A DNA stretch of 64,000 nucleotides from Macrostomum hystrix (Eukaryota; Animalia; Platyhelminthes). How positions within the stretch are numbered: the stretch's first letter is position 1; each line of letters opens with the position of its first letter. Shown here piece by piece: positions 47,867 to 60,082 of the stretch. A program made the translations under genes and the position numbers. Under the pieces are notes generated by a model. That model worked only from the letters and a program-made list of their open reading frames with translations, ran no database searches and had not been told where the DNA came from. The DNA lies in contig CATNEN010000027.1 in assembly GCA_950097015.1 (NCBI GenBank), forward strand, positions 806,001-870,000. Reading direction: 5' to 3'.

Positions 47867-49639
47867 GAAGAGCGCAGGGCGTTGTTAGGAGCAATAAAAA
47901 ACACTTATAAAAAAGTGCAATCAGAATCTTTAGTCTGCTGCTTTTAATATGGCACTGCGCCGTTCTGACAGTGGCATGCAGTGAGGGGTGTCTGAAAGCG
48001 AGTCAGCTCAGGCTATTGTGATACACAAAGATGTACTCACTGAGGCAGCTGCAACCAAGGTGTTTCGTCTGATCTAAGCTAGCTACCCCGAGCCACCCTG
48101 CTGCTTTGGTAGTGAAGCTCTTCTCTACCTTAGTGTCTTGTTGCCATGGTCAGTGAGTTTACAGCAGATAAGAAGGTATTAGGCAGTGAAGATAGAAAAT
48201 AGCTCTAGAGGAATGCCACAATATCCATGAGTAGAGATTGTTTGGTTGCCAATAATGCATTCGGCTCTCCGCAAGAAAATGCTAGTTCTTTCTATAAGCA
48301 ATTTCTGTTCGAACGCATAAGATAATAGCTTGCCTGACAACCCACTGGCATACACGAGGCCAGTGACACGCTGAAGGCAACGATAGAAAAAAACTCGATT
48401 GAAAATGCCAGGTGTTTTATGAAGCTTTTAAAAAAATAGAATCCACATGAGAGGAACAGAGCGACTAAACGGAGCTACAATTAGCCACATTTCTTTCTTT
48501 GCATTCCTTTTTTCTGTATCTCAGAAAATTTTCAACCAATCGCAGTGAAAATGCAGAACACGAGCTAAAATTTTCCACTCTAATCGATGAAACAACTTCC
48601 AGAACCACAAAACATCGGCATCGTCCAGACATTCAACAATTCTCGTTGCGGTGTCTGGCGGCAAAAAGTTTTTCTGCTCACAAAGTTTCATCATGTAACG
48701 AAGGGCAATTTTTGTTGTTATATCGCTGAATCTCGACGACCCGTTCTTTCTACTAGCTGTTAATAAGCAGACAGACGGCCTGAAGTGGTTCTTACTCCTT
48801 CTTATGGCTGCCCCTAACAGAATAATTGTGGAGATAGAGACAGTGTTGCTATGGATTCTCGAGTGTTGCTGACACTATAGGTCACAGGAGGTGTCTAAAT
48901 AAAGTTATACTCAACCGCCCGGCGTCTCTCTCCCTCCCTCTCTTTTAGGGTTTTAGAAGCGTAATTAACGAGTATCCATTCAAAATTAGAAGTGTAGACT
49001 CAAGAAACCTCTATGATACTCGTAATGAATAAATGTCTTTATAGTTTGAGCAAATATTTTACCCGCGAAATTAGAATCGTCTGAATATCTGTGCGCGAGT
49101 GACTGGACCTAAATTAGTCTGCTCAATACTAAACTAATAACTGGAGCTTTAAATTTACCTATAGCTCTATTATATGTGTGCACAAAAAGAGACATTGTAT
49201 AGGGAGCACTTTAGCATATGTATATGGTCCGATATGCTGTCAAAAGTGGGCCCACTAAATTTAAGCTTTAAACAGACTGAACACGGTCGGTACAAAATAA
49301 GCGATAAAGAAATGACAATCAAATGACCTTCTACTAGAAGCAGAGAGACGGGAATTAGTTGTGTTTCTTAGAAAAAATTTAATTGTGTGCACGGTTTTCC
49401 GCCGAATTATTATTATATTATACGCTTAAACCCTTTCAATAACCCTGTTAAAACTTTTTTGCAATTCGTGGGAGCTCGATACTAGATCCGTTATAAAAAC
49501 CGATCAGGATTGTTATGTGAAAAAAAACGTGAAAATTCTCTATCTCCGTTGTGTACTTCTGGGCAAAAACGAGCCTCCTAAACCTCTTTTTCTAGGAAAC
49601 ACAGTTTCCCGTCCTTCTACTCCTAGTGGTCCTCGGACA

Positions 49640-49825
49640 CACCTTGACCCAGTTGGGCCAGATTTACAACCTGCAGTGTGTGTTGTCCGTGGACAGGTCC
49701 GTTCAGTCCGTGGACTGGTTTGATGCCGCAACACCCCATCCAAATGGCTATTTGGATAAGACGAACTGAAGCAATTTAATGGACACAAATTGTTTCCCCT
49801 GGGCTGAGAATCGATCTCCTGACCT
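49640..49825 (-). mobile_element. tRNA-derived SINE, family B (degenerate)
   Basis: The minus strand has GACCGGAAGGTCAGGAGATCGATTCTC, AACAATTTGTGTCC..ATTGCTTCAGTTC, CCAGTCCACGGACTGAAC and ATCTGGCCCAA, shared with the copies at 17083 and 35376. Confidence 0.7.
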
Positions 49826-50226
49826 TCCGGTCAAGAAAGTCCTAAATTGAATGACGAAGAAGAACCCAGCTTAGTTGACTGCGGAACCAGATGACACTTC
49901 CGCTATTTAAGCTGCACTTTTATTATGATTTTCTTTCGACCAAGCAAAAGCAAAGCGAATTGTTTCTTAGATTTTTTTTGAGACAGATAAAAATGAAGCC
50001 TGAAATATTTTTGATGCAATTGTAGCAAAAAGCGTGTTAATAGGAGCTATATATAGTTGTATCCTCATATAAATTATCTTCCGTAACTATTGCCTTGATC
50101 GAGTAGTTTATTGGAGATTCGAAAAACCTAGAAATAAATTTCTTCTAGTTTAAATAAGCGAGCCTTTGTCCGCTGTTTCGCAAAGTTCCCGTGCCTGTAA
50201 TGGTATGAGATGTACTTTAATGGTCT

Positions 50227-51666
50227 TCACTCGTGAGCCTCCTCCTCGCCCTCGGCCTCGCCCTCCTCCTCGGCGGTGGCGTCCTGGTACTGCTGGTACT
50301 CGGACACCAGGTCGTTCATGTTGCTCTCAGCTTCCGTGAACTCCATCTCGTCCATGCCCTCGCCGGTGTACCAGTGAAGGAAGGCCTTGCGACGGAACAT
50401 GGCTGTGAACTGCTCGGAGACGCGCTTGAACAGCTCCTGGATGGCGGTGGAGTTGCCGATGAAGGTGACGGACATCTTCAGGCCGCGGGGCGGGATGTCG
50501 CAGACGGCAGTCTTGACATTATTGGGAATCCACTCCACGAAGTAGGAGCTGTTCTTGTTCTGCACATTGAGGATCTGCTCGTCCACCTCCTTCATGGACA
50601 TGCGGCCGCGGAAGATGGCAGCCACGGTGAGGTAGCGGCCGTGGCGCGGGTCGCAGGCGGCCATCATGTTCTTGGCGTCGAACATCTGCTGGGTGAGCTC
50701 CGGCACGGTCAGGGATCGGTACTGCTGGGAGCCACGGCTGGTCAGCGGGGCGAAGCCGGGCATGAAGAAGTGCAGGCGGGGGAAGGGCACCATGTTCACG
50801 GCCAGCTTGCGAAGGTCGGCGTTTAGCTGACCGGGGAAGCGCAGGCAGGTGGTGACGCCGGACATTGTGGCGCTGACCAGGTGGTTGAGGTCGCCGTAGG
50901 TCGGAGTGGTGAGCTTCAGGGTGCGAAAGCAGATGTCGTAGAGAGCCTCGTTGTCAATGCAGAAGGTCTCGTCGGTGTTCTCTACCAACTGGTGCACAGA
51001 CAGGGTGGCGTTGTAGGGCTCAACAACAGTGTCCGACACCTGTCGAAATGAAGCGTGGAGTTCGTTCTGACTGATAATAAATTCACCTGAGGACTGATGT
51101 ATCAAAGAAACATTAAAATACTTTCTGCTTATGGGATAGTTTACCTTTGGTGAAGGCACCACGCTGAAAGTGTTCATGATGCGGTCCGGGTATTCCTCCC
51201 TGATCTTGGAGATCAGCAGGGTGCCCATGCCGGAGCCGGTGCCGCCGCCAAGCGAGTGAGTCAGCTGGAAGCCCTGAAGGCAGTCGCAGCTCTCGGCCTC
51301 CTTGCGCACAACGTCCAGCACGGAGTCGACCAGCTCGGCGCCCTCGGTGTAGTGACCCTTGGCCCAGTTGTTGCCGGCACCGCTCTGGCCGAACACGAAA
51401 TTGTCCGGCCGGAACAGCTGGCCGAAGGGGCCGGCCCGCACCGAGTCCATTGTGCCGGGCTCCAGGTCGATAAGGACAGCCCTGGGCACGTACTTGCCAC
51501 CGGAGGCCTCGTTGTAGTAGACATTGATGCGCTCCAGCTGCAGGTCGGAGTCGCCGTGGTAGGTGCCGGTCGGGTCGATGCCGTGCTCGTCGGAGATCAC
51601 CTCCCAAAATTTGGAGCCAATCTGGTTGCCGCACTGGCCGGTCTGCAGGTGTACAATCTCGCGCAT
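50227..51666 (-). CDS. tubb: Beta-tubulin, 2 coding exons, 444 aa
   Basis: MREIVHLQ start at 51666 and GGGTGSG signature. Exons 51145-51666 and 50227-51039, with a 105-bp intron at PSPK|VSDT. Acidic tail [19 protein letters not shown]. Confidence 0.98.
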   Translation of the reverse strand: MREIVHLQTGQCGNQIGSKFWEVISDEHGIDPTGTYHGDSDLQLERINVYYNEASGGKYVPRAVLIDLEPGTMDSVRAGPFGQLFRPDNFVFGQSGAGNNWAKGHYTEGAELVDSVLDVVRKEAESCDCLQGFQLTHSLGGGTGSGMGTLLISKIREEYPDRIMNTFSVVPSPKVNYPISRKYFNVSLIHQSSGEFIISQNELHASFRQVSDTVVEPYNATLSVHQLVENTDETFCIDNEALYDICFRTLKLTTPTYGDLNHLVSATMSGVTTCLRFPGQLNADLRKLAVNMVPFPRLHFFMPGFAPLTSRGSQQYRSLTVPELTQQMFDAKNMMAACDPRHGRYLTVAAIFRGRMSMKEVDEQILNVQNKNSSYFVEWIPNNVKTAVCDIPPRGLKMSVTFIGNSTAIQELFKRVSEQFTAMFRRKAFLHWYTGEGMDEMEFTEAESNMNDLVSEYQQYQDATAEEEGEAEGEEEAHE

Positions 51667-53745
51667 CTTTGATGAACGCAGTCTATGGTGCAATGTGAAG
51701 ATCACCGAGGTTGTAGTAGCGGGCTAATGCTATTTAATCAATTGTGGAAATAAATAGTTCAGACAATATTACTCACCGTTTACTTACGGAAGAAGTCTAG
51801 CTGAGCTCTGCAGAATTAGCTGCTACTTTCAGGGTGCGGCAGCAGGGCGTCTCTTACCCGATCGGGTCTTATACTATTCTGAGCTGGCAGGAGGGGTGGG
51901 ACTGTGTTAGGGAAGAAGGACGATCGAAAGCAGTGGGGATGAGAGGAATACCCGTCAGGGCGTTTCCGATCCGCTTTTCTGACTCGCGCCAGCCCTCCCA
52001 GAGGCAAGAGGAGAGAGAAACTGGGAGAGCTCAGAGCTGTGGGCCTGAGTCATGCGGCTCCCCACCCCTTGCCGCCCTCAAACTGCATGGAATGCTCGAG
52101 TCTGGCGGCGCCGTGCGCGCCCTCGTTTTGCTTCCGCCAGCAGTGAATTTTCCTTCTCGATCTGACCTTGGGCAATCGGTCTGTGTTTCTATCCGCTGCT
52201 GTAACTGCCGATCTACCCCCCACCGACTCGCACGCTCGCTTTAGTAAGCAAACCAACTGCAGTATAGGGGGAGTAAGTCGCAATACTCGCCTCAGACGAA
52301 ATAATCGATACTTTCCAACTCTGCACCGTTGCCAAGCCCTGGGACGACGGAGCTTGCGTGGAGCCTTTGGGAAGCCACCCCGGCCCCTAAAGGCTTATTA
52401 ATAGCAAACCGCTCGTAGGCAATACATTCCTCTCTGGATTGCAATCGACAAATTAGCCCGCATGAGGCAGGAAGCTATACAATTATGTAGATAAGTGGGC
52501 AGATGTGGTGAGACGGGTCGAGCCTAGGGGTCTGCTAAGCGCTGCAGCTGCTCCTGCCGGATTGTTTGGGATGCGAGATATGCAAGCATATCAGACTGGA
52601 CTGCTTGCATGCGTGAGTATGAGGAGAGAAGAAAAAAATAATATCGATCGATGAGGCTCCACAAAACGCAACTGCGCCATATCAGTTGTCGATTTCTTGC
52701 TGGCCGCTCTCATATTCCTTTTCTTAACGGACAGTGGTGTTTATTGTCTCGGTGCTTCTTAATATATACCGATTTTGTGCAGGCTGCTATTGCGACTTCA
52801 CCAAGTGCCTAGAAGCACTAACACGTATAATGACTGCGCTTACTTCAGTTTTTACTTTACGAGCGTAATTTGGTCTTCAAGGTTGTGTGTGTATGCAGAT
52901 CATTTCATCCTGACTTTTACAAATTGTATGTGATTACTTTGTCAATCAAAGTTTTGATTTTTTTAAAAAAATTTGAAGTTCAAAACCGTTTTGAACCAAC
53001 TTTCACTGAAAAAAGTACTTGCATGCAGGATTATCCGTAACATTGACATAATTTCTGATCATCACACAGCGACTTCTGCAGAATACTATAACTAAGGATT
53101 ATAAGCATGTAGTAGCTGCTCCTTGGTCTTCTTGCTTTCAAAGTGAATGCAAACGCAAAAAAACTTTGAGTATATGCAAAAGCATACAACAGGTCTTGAT
53201 GAATCACAGCTTCGTAGTGTATAAAGCATTCGTGCGACATTTCGCCATTTATCCAATTTCCTTGTTCCTCTTGTTTCAGTAAACCGAAAAAGAAAGCTTT
53301 GAAATGAAAAGACTTTAAATTGAACTCTGATTAGGAAAAAAACTAAGAAATAAAAAATGAAGTTAGGCTCGTTTATAATAAGAATAAATACGTAATCTCT
53401 TACCTTAAATCGACACTTTGAACTGTAACGGTGCTCTCACAGTAAAACGGACACAGCTGCATAAAAAGTGTTACTGAAAGGTACATAAACAAAGCATTTG
53501 GTTATATAACTAGTACGTTTTTTAGTTTTTTCCAGCAACACTAAGGGATGAGAAATTATTTCAAGATCGTTATTTTATATATTCAAAAATGAGAAAGTGC
53601 TTTTAATTTCCGTGATATAGTTATCTAGTCTTGCTTGTCTATCTGCAGTCCTTATAGATAAAAATATTAATTCATTTCTAATTGTGTTTAGTATTAAAAT
53701 TCGTATTTTGCATTTTTTAACCTTTTCAAATAATTTTGTGCAATA

Positions 53746-56700
53746 ATGGCGACAAAACGTGACAGAGAAATACGAAAGGAAATCGATGAGGTATGATAAT
53801 GAGAAAACATCATAAAAGTAAATGCTTTATTACGTTTCAGTTATTTAATATCCCTGACGTAAAGTAACCTTAAAGTAAAATAGACTAGGCTATCAATTAT
53901 CTATAAAAAAAAAGAATTAATTTCCTATCCTTCCTTTACATTACAGCCATTCATATTTTCTTCCAGTAACAAATTTTAATGGCAAAAAAAGAAGTCCAGT
54001 TTAGTAATTAGATATAACTTTGCTGAACTCAATAGTTAGGATTTAGCTTTAAGGTGAAACATAATCCTGGGCTTTTAAATAGAAACTCAACAGCAACAGC
54101 AATAGTAATACTGTTTGATTTTAGCCAATGTATATTTTTCCAGAAGTAAAGAAAAACAACAAAACAAAATGCAACACAAGTTGTTTTTACCAATCTAATT
54201 AATATTTTATTTTTATTTTTTTCTTTCAGACTTTTCGGCCATTGTTTGAAAGGGTAAGTGAACAGAAAAATAATTTCTTTTCTTTTTTATTCAATTTTTT
54301 AAGTCAAATTAGTTGACAATTTTAGGTTAAACTTTTTCAATAACTTTGCTACTAGTTTATATTAGAAGTGCTAGTAAATTAGTTATCCTAAAGCTACCAA
54401 CAGCTACATAGACTGTCATCATTTTATATGAGTTTATTGCAATCTGTTAAGCAATTTTAGATTGTAGTCAAGCACAAGTAAACCTTTAATTTAAGACCCA
54501 TGCATAATCAGCAGATAATAGTTTTATCTTGTTTTGCTTCATTATATAACAGTTCACAGCACTTGCACTCTCAATAAGAAAATTTTAATATTCCAGTCTA
54601 AAAATTTAATTGTACCACAATGTTATCTAGCATATTCTTAAGATTCATCTTAAGGTAACCAAGCATTGAGAAATACACACAATAATTTACAACTAGTGTA
54701 TGATGCATACATTTTTTATGTCAAGGATGCCCTGGAACAGTAACAGGTATCTTAGTCTGCATTAAAAGTATTGCACAAGTAGGACAGTATAATAAAACAT
54801 CACTACTCTTAAATAACCCGTTTTGTTTGGCAGTACGAAGCAGACCCAAACAATAGCCAGGGTGTGCCCCTGCCCCAGCTGTCGCAGCAGTTGCAACAGT
54901 CCAGCACTCTACCTAGGATGCGAATCAATGAGCTATTAAAAATGGCCGACGCAGATAGAAACAATCGCATCACCTACGAAGAGTTTGTTGTTGAAATGAC
55001 TCGCGCCGACGAGGGCACCAGGCATAAAATGGGTGTTGGCAAGCGGATGTTTAATCGGGCAGTGATGTCGGCTGTGCCTGGCCGACGGCCTCGTGTGGTG
55101 GTCACGCCTGATGCCCCAGATGCCTACATGGCTTGGCAGGATAATGGAGAAATGGAAGCATTTGTTGATGCCTATGATTGCAAACCGCCGCCGATTTTTA
55201 TACCACTGGTGACGCTGGCTGAGATTGCTGTCTTCCTCTACTATGCGATGCATCCCGACTTCAAGGACAAGTGAGTGGCTGTCATCTGGTAGAGTAGAAA
55301 TGCTGTCAGCTGGGTAGAGTTCAGTAGGTACAGTTGATAGGAGTCAAAAAGGCTGTCAGTTTGGCACAGTAGATTAGAGTCAAGTAAAACAGGCTGTCAG
55401 GTTGGTACAGTAGATTAGAGTCAAGTAAAACAGGCTGTCAGGTTGGTACAGTAGATTAGAGTCAAGTAAAACAGGCTGTCAGGTGGTGGAGGCCAAGAAG
55501 ATACGTGTTACCGGCAAATCCATGAATGCAATCAATTCCGCAGGTACCCTGTAACAGCCTCCTCAGGCTGCCCAATGGAGTCACCGCTAATTTACAACCC
55601 CCACAAGAGGTGGGAGGCCTGGCGCTTTTTGAGCTACATGCTGCTGCACAATGGCTACATGCACCTCATCTTTAACTGCTTCTTTCAGGTCAGATTTCTT
55701 AGTTTGTTAAATACTTTGTACCGCCACTTTTTCAAGATCGTATTATCTTAAAAACACATGGAAGATCTGTTGCAAAGATTGTAAAGAGCAAGCACTCACA
55801 CACATGTGTACATCTGCCCTGACTTTCTCATCGTCAGACCCTGTGGTCTGTGTTACTATTAAGGCACTTACTGTGCCTTGGAGGTTGGCCCTCCAGGGCG
55901 TAAATTGTACTCAAGCTCCCAAGCCTTCTCTACGCCACTCACCCCCCTCAGAATCCATTGATTCCCTTCTAAACATGGTTCAGAATCCATTGATTCCATG
56001 TTGACATGGTTCTGAGTTTATATATTCCATTTTGACACGGTTTAAGAAACTCCTTAATCCCCTTTCCCAGCTGGTTCTTGGCACGCTGCTTGAACTGGTG
56101 CACAAATTCTGGCGCGTTGGCCTTGTGTACCTGCTGGGTGTGATAGCCGGATCTCTGGCCAGCTCCTGCTTCGACTCGCGCACCTACTTAGCTGGCGCCT
56201 CCGGCGGCTGCTACGCCCTTATCGGCGCCCACTTTGCCAACGTGCTGATGAACTGGGAGGAGATGCAGTACGACTGGCTAAAGAGTCCAATCAGCTTCAT
56301 TGGCAGCGGGGTTGTTCGGCTGGCCATTCTGCTGGTACTGGCTGGCGGTGACACGGGCCTAGCTGTGTACACCAGGTTATTCAGCGGTGTGGTCAGCAGG
56401 ACCAGCTTTGCTGCTCACGGCGGAGGCTTTCTCGCCGGTGAGAGACCTGTTTTAGATTGGGTTTGGCTGGGTTATGTCAGGCTTTGTGGTGGATTTCAGG
56501 AACTGTGTTTTGTAAATAGGGGATTGTGTTTAGTAGAGTTAGGGGATTGTGTTTAGTAGAGTTAGGGGATATGTTTAGCAGAGTTAGGGGATTGTGTTTA
56601 GCAGAGTTAGGGGATGTGTTTAGTAGAGTTAGGGGATGTGTTTAGTAGAGTTAGGGGATGTGTTTAGTAGAGTTAGGGAATGTGTTTAGTAGAGTTAGGG

Positions 56701-59700
56701 GATGTGTTTAGTAGAGTTAGGGGATTGCGTTTAGTAGAGTTAGGGGATTGTGTTTAGTAGAGTTAGGGGATTGTGTTTAGTAGAGTTAGGGGATGTGTTT
56801 AGTAGAGTTAGGGGATTGTGTTTAGTAGAGTTAGGGGATTGCGTTTAGTAGAGTTAGGGGATGTGTTTAGTAGAGTTAGGGGATGTGTTTAGTAGAGTTA
56901 GGGGATTGTTTTTAGTAGAGTTAGGGGATGTGTTTAGTAGAGTTAGGGGATTGTTTTTAGTAGAGTTAGGGGATGTGTTTAGTAGAGTTAGGGGATTGTG
57001 TTTAGTAGAGTTAGGGGATTGTGTTTAGTAGAGTTAGGGGATTGTGTTTAGTAGAGTTAGGGGATTGTGTTTAGTAGAGTTAGGGGATTGTGTTTAGTAG
57101 AGTTAGGGGATTGGGTTTGGTAGAATCAGGGGATTTGGTTGGTAGAATTAGTGGATTGTGTTTGATAGATTTTGGGGAATCAGGTTGGGTAGATTTAGGG
57201 AATCGGGTTCGGAATAGTTATGGGATTGAGTTTGGTAGGTTTAGTGATTTGGTAGGGTTCAATAAGCTGTTGGTTTCTTGTTTGAACTGTTCTCGAAGCC
57301 TTTTTCGTAGCACGGATGGAAAGAGCTAGTTTATTGCATGAGATTTCATCTAAAATAAACTGCGTCGAGGCTTACGACTTACAATCTATGCCGTCAATAA
57401 TTAATATATGAATAAGCTCGTAGTTTATACAATTAACTTATAAGGCATTTAGCGTGAGCACATTGGTTCTAGATAAGCAAATTGATACGCACGGCTGCTG
57501 TTGCTTCATGTGTGTACCTGCTTAGCTTAATGTTGAGTTCTTGCTTATCAATGTTTAGTGTTTGTAGCAAAGTTCTGCTGGGGCCGCTTACAGCAAACTA
57601 AAATGTGTAGTGTGATTGTGGCGTGCTGTTTGCAAACAGAGAACTTTTGCTTCTGCGATGTGCAAAATCTATTGGTCTGAGCGTGAGAATCAGTAGTATG
57701 GGTTAACAGAACTCTGCCGCAAGGAATTCCGCGGAAATTCCGTGGGGCCCTAGTTTGCGAACATAGCGCCTATGTTTCACATAGCAGAACTCTGCCGCAA
57801 GGAAATCCGCGGAAATTCCATGGGACCCAGTGCATGTACATAGGCCCATGTTTTACATAGCAAAACTCTGCCGCAAGGAAGTCCTCGGAAATTCCGTGGG
57901 GTCCTAGTGTGTGAACAAACGCCATGTGTTTGCATAGTGGACTCTGTCGCAGGTAAATCTGTCTGAGAGGGAGAGAGGCAGTCAGTGCAGTCTGATAAAC
58001 CGATTGTTTATTCAGTTCCACTCCTCCAATGGGAATTTCACTTTTGCTCTGGTCTGTGTTATTTTTTCATATGAAGACAACAACAAAACAACTGTTGGTC
58101 TGGGGAAAACAGGGAACACTGCAGTGATAGGAGGAGAGGCCGGTCTATCTCTTTGCATTGGGGTTGTTGACTCTGCAGAGATAGGAGGAGAGGCCGGCCG
58201 GGGAAAATGTGAGTGCAGGCGCACTGGAATGGGGTTTGTACAGTGCTTTTTGGGGGTTGGTGGGCAGGGGATGACTTTATTCTCACCTGCTGTAATTGGC
58301 CAACACACACAATCGGTTTATCAGACTGCACTGACTGCCTCTCTCCCTCTCAGACAGATTTACCTGCGACAGAGTCCACTATGCAAACACATGGCGTTTG
58401 TTCACACACTAGGACCCCACGGAATTTCCGAGGACTTCCTTGCGGCAGAGTTTTGCTATGTAAAACATGGGCCTATGTACATGCACTGGGTCCCATGGAA
58501 TTTCCGCGGATTTCCTTGCGGCAGAGTTCTGCTATGTGAAACATAGGCGCTATGTTCGCAAACTAGGGCCCCACGGAATTTCCGCGGAATTCCTTGCGGC
58601 AGAGTTCTGTTAACCCATACTACTAGAATCCTAGTTATACTCGTAGTTCGTTGTTTAACTACTAAGACTGGGAAACATAATACTATTTAGCTATGATCTT
58701 TCTTTTCTGTAGAATCTACTGTAGATTTTCTGTAGATTCCTTGGCTTAGCATCTAGCAAAGGCATTGCTAAGATTACAGTTATTTTGCAAGCACATTTGA
58801 TTGAAGGAAAATTTTTCATCAGCAAATTAGATAATACTGACTTCAATACTTTGTTTTTCAAGACAACCTGCCTAAACGGTACCTTAACGGTAGGGTTTCA
58901 ATGGAATCTTCAACATTAAAGGTAGGGTTGGGCGGTGAGTTGCAGAGCGTTTAACGCGTTTGCCTCTCGCACCAAGGTCCGTGAGCTCGATTCCGATGGA
59001 ATCTGCAACCACATTAATTTGGGGCGCAACCGCGCCAAGAAGACTTAGGGTCTTGTCGCGAAATTTACGCCCTAAAGGGGCCAACCTCCAAGGCACAGTG
59101 CCTAACGATTAAAAAGTCAAGGCACGCTCTGTGAGCACTGTGCTTGTGTGCTCAGGAGTCAGCGGAATAGGTAGAATCGCCTCCTCGCTGGCTGCGGGTC
59201 TAGTGTCACCACTGAAACTAGACGTGATGATGTGCCATTGCTAGCAGCCCTCCTGCAATTGCTATTATTATTATTAAGGTAGCATTTTAATGAAATCTGC
59301 AACCTTAATGGTTGGGTTTCACTGGAAAATAAAGACAAAATGCCGTGCATTTTTAAGGAATAGATATGGGACACGTTAGGTTGAAAAGCCAGAATTATTG
59401 AATTTCCTATCGAAATCGAAAGGCCTATTTTTGCTTCTAAAGCGGGTTGTAGTTAGGATAATCTATAAATTCAATTCAGTTGGGACATTTTTTCACTAAA
59501 AATGCAATGGTTTGTGCTTTAGTACTTCACAATCGCTACTACACACATTGCCGAAGCCTGCAGGTGCAACCATAAAAAACGGTACTTTTTCTTTCCCCAA
59601 GTGTGGTCTTACAAACTGTACGCACAAAATTCGTAGGAATAATCAACTCCAATGTCTGTATCAGCACGAAATATTAACTACGCATGTTCTTCGTCAAGTC

Positions 59701-60082
59701 AGTACTGTGCGTACACTGGATTGACTAGATTGTGTATTACAATTTAGCCCATCGGATCTTCAAAATACTACTGCTCGTTTTTGTAGTAGAGAAGGAAAAC
59801 TATTTTTTGCGATTTAAAAGAATTCCAAGTTGGTGTTACGACAATACAAACTTTTAATTTCAAGGCCTCCTAATCGGCGTTCCTCTGCTGCGCAATCTGG
59901 ACGTTAAAAACTGGGAGAAGGTGCTCTTTTGGGTATTTCTAATAATATTCATGCTGCTAATGGCCGCCGCTGTACTGTTCAACGTCTTCTGCGCCAACGA
60001 AGGCGTTGACATGTGCTACGGCATGCCGAAGCCAGCGACGCCGCCACCTGGCGGACTGTTTTTAGTAAATCGAGCCGCTTAA
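53746..60082 (+). CDS. Rhomboid intramembrane serine protease with N-terminal EF-hand (RHBDL-type), 6 exons, 411 aa
   Basis: Exons 53746-53790, 54230-54253, 54834-55270, 55544-55688, 56071-56437 and 59865-60082, all GT-AG and phase-consistent. EF loop DADRNNRITYEE, WRFLSYMLLH..HLIFN, catalytic GASGG and AAHGGG, and last exon GLLIGVPLLRN..WEKVLFW. The first two small exons are less certain. Confidence 0.9.
55351..55485. repeat. 41-bp intronic repeat, about 3 copies
   Basis: GGCTGTCAGGTTGGTACAGTAGATTAGAGTCAAGTAAAACA in rhomboid intron 3. Confidence 0.92.
55803..55935 (-). mobile_element. SINE family A, 3' part
   Basis: GTGTACATCTGCCCTGACTTTCTCATCGTCAG..ACTGTGCCTT..GAGGTTGGCCCTC..CCCAAGCCTTCTCT, matching 46540-46650. 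Confidence 0.75.
56510..57115. repeat. 22/23-bp intronic minisatellite (GGGGATTGTGTTTAGTAGAGTTA)n
   Basis: G/T-rich strand, in rhomboid intron 5. Confidence 0.96.
57692..58624. mobile_element. Non-autonomous Polinton/Maverick-like element (933 bp)
   Basis: 316-bp TIRs (57692-58007 / 58309-58624) beginning AGTAGTATGGG, 6-bp TSD AGAATC (57686-57691, 58625-58630), and a 301-bp spacer without recognisable coding sequence. Confidence 0.85.
58925..59150 (+). mobile_element. tRNA-derived SINE, family A
   Basis: TTGCAGAGCGTTTAACGCGTTTGCCTCTCGCACCAAGGTCCGTGAGCTCGATTCC..GGGGCGCAACCGCG..GGCCAACCTCCAAGGCACAGTG. Confidence 0.78.

Noticed and set aside
48030-48150. Upstream coding exon of the scramblase
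   Set aside because: A donor-like GTGAGT exists, but the nearby ATG frame hits a stop at once, and an in-frame TAA lies just upstream of the ATG at 47866.
51667-51705. 13-aa N-terminal extension of beta-tubulin
   Set aside because: It starts at GTG and spans a splice acceptor (CATAG at about 51683); MREI is the canonical start.
56510-57115. Interstitial telomeric repeat
   Set aside because: TTAGGG occurs once per 22/23-bp unit at the junction, not as tandem hexamers.
57770-58546. Protein-coding ORFs in the Polinton-like element
   Set aside because: They are mirror-image ORFs generated by the TIRs, with no integrase, polymerase or capsid motifs.
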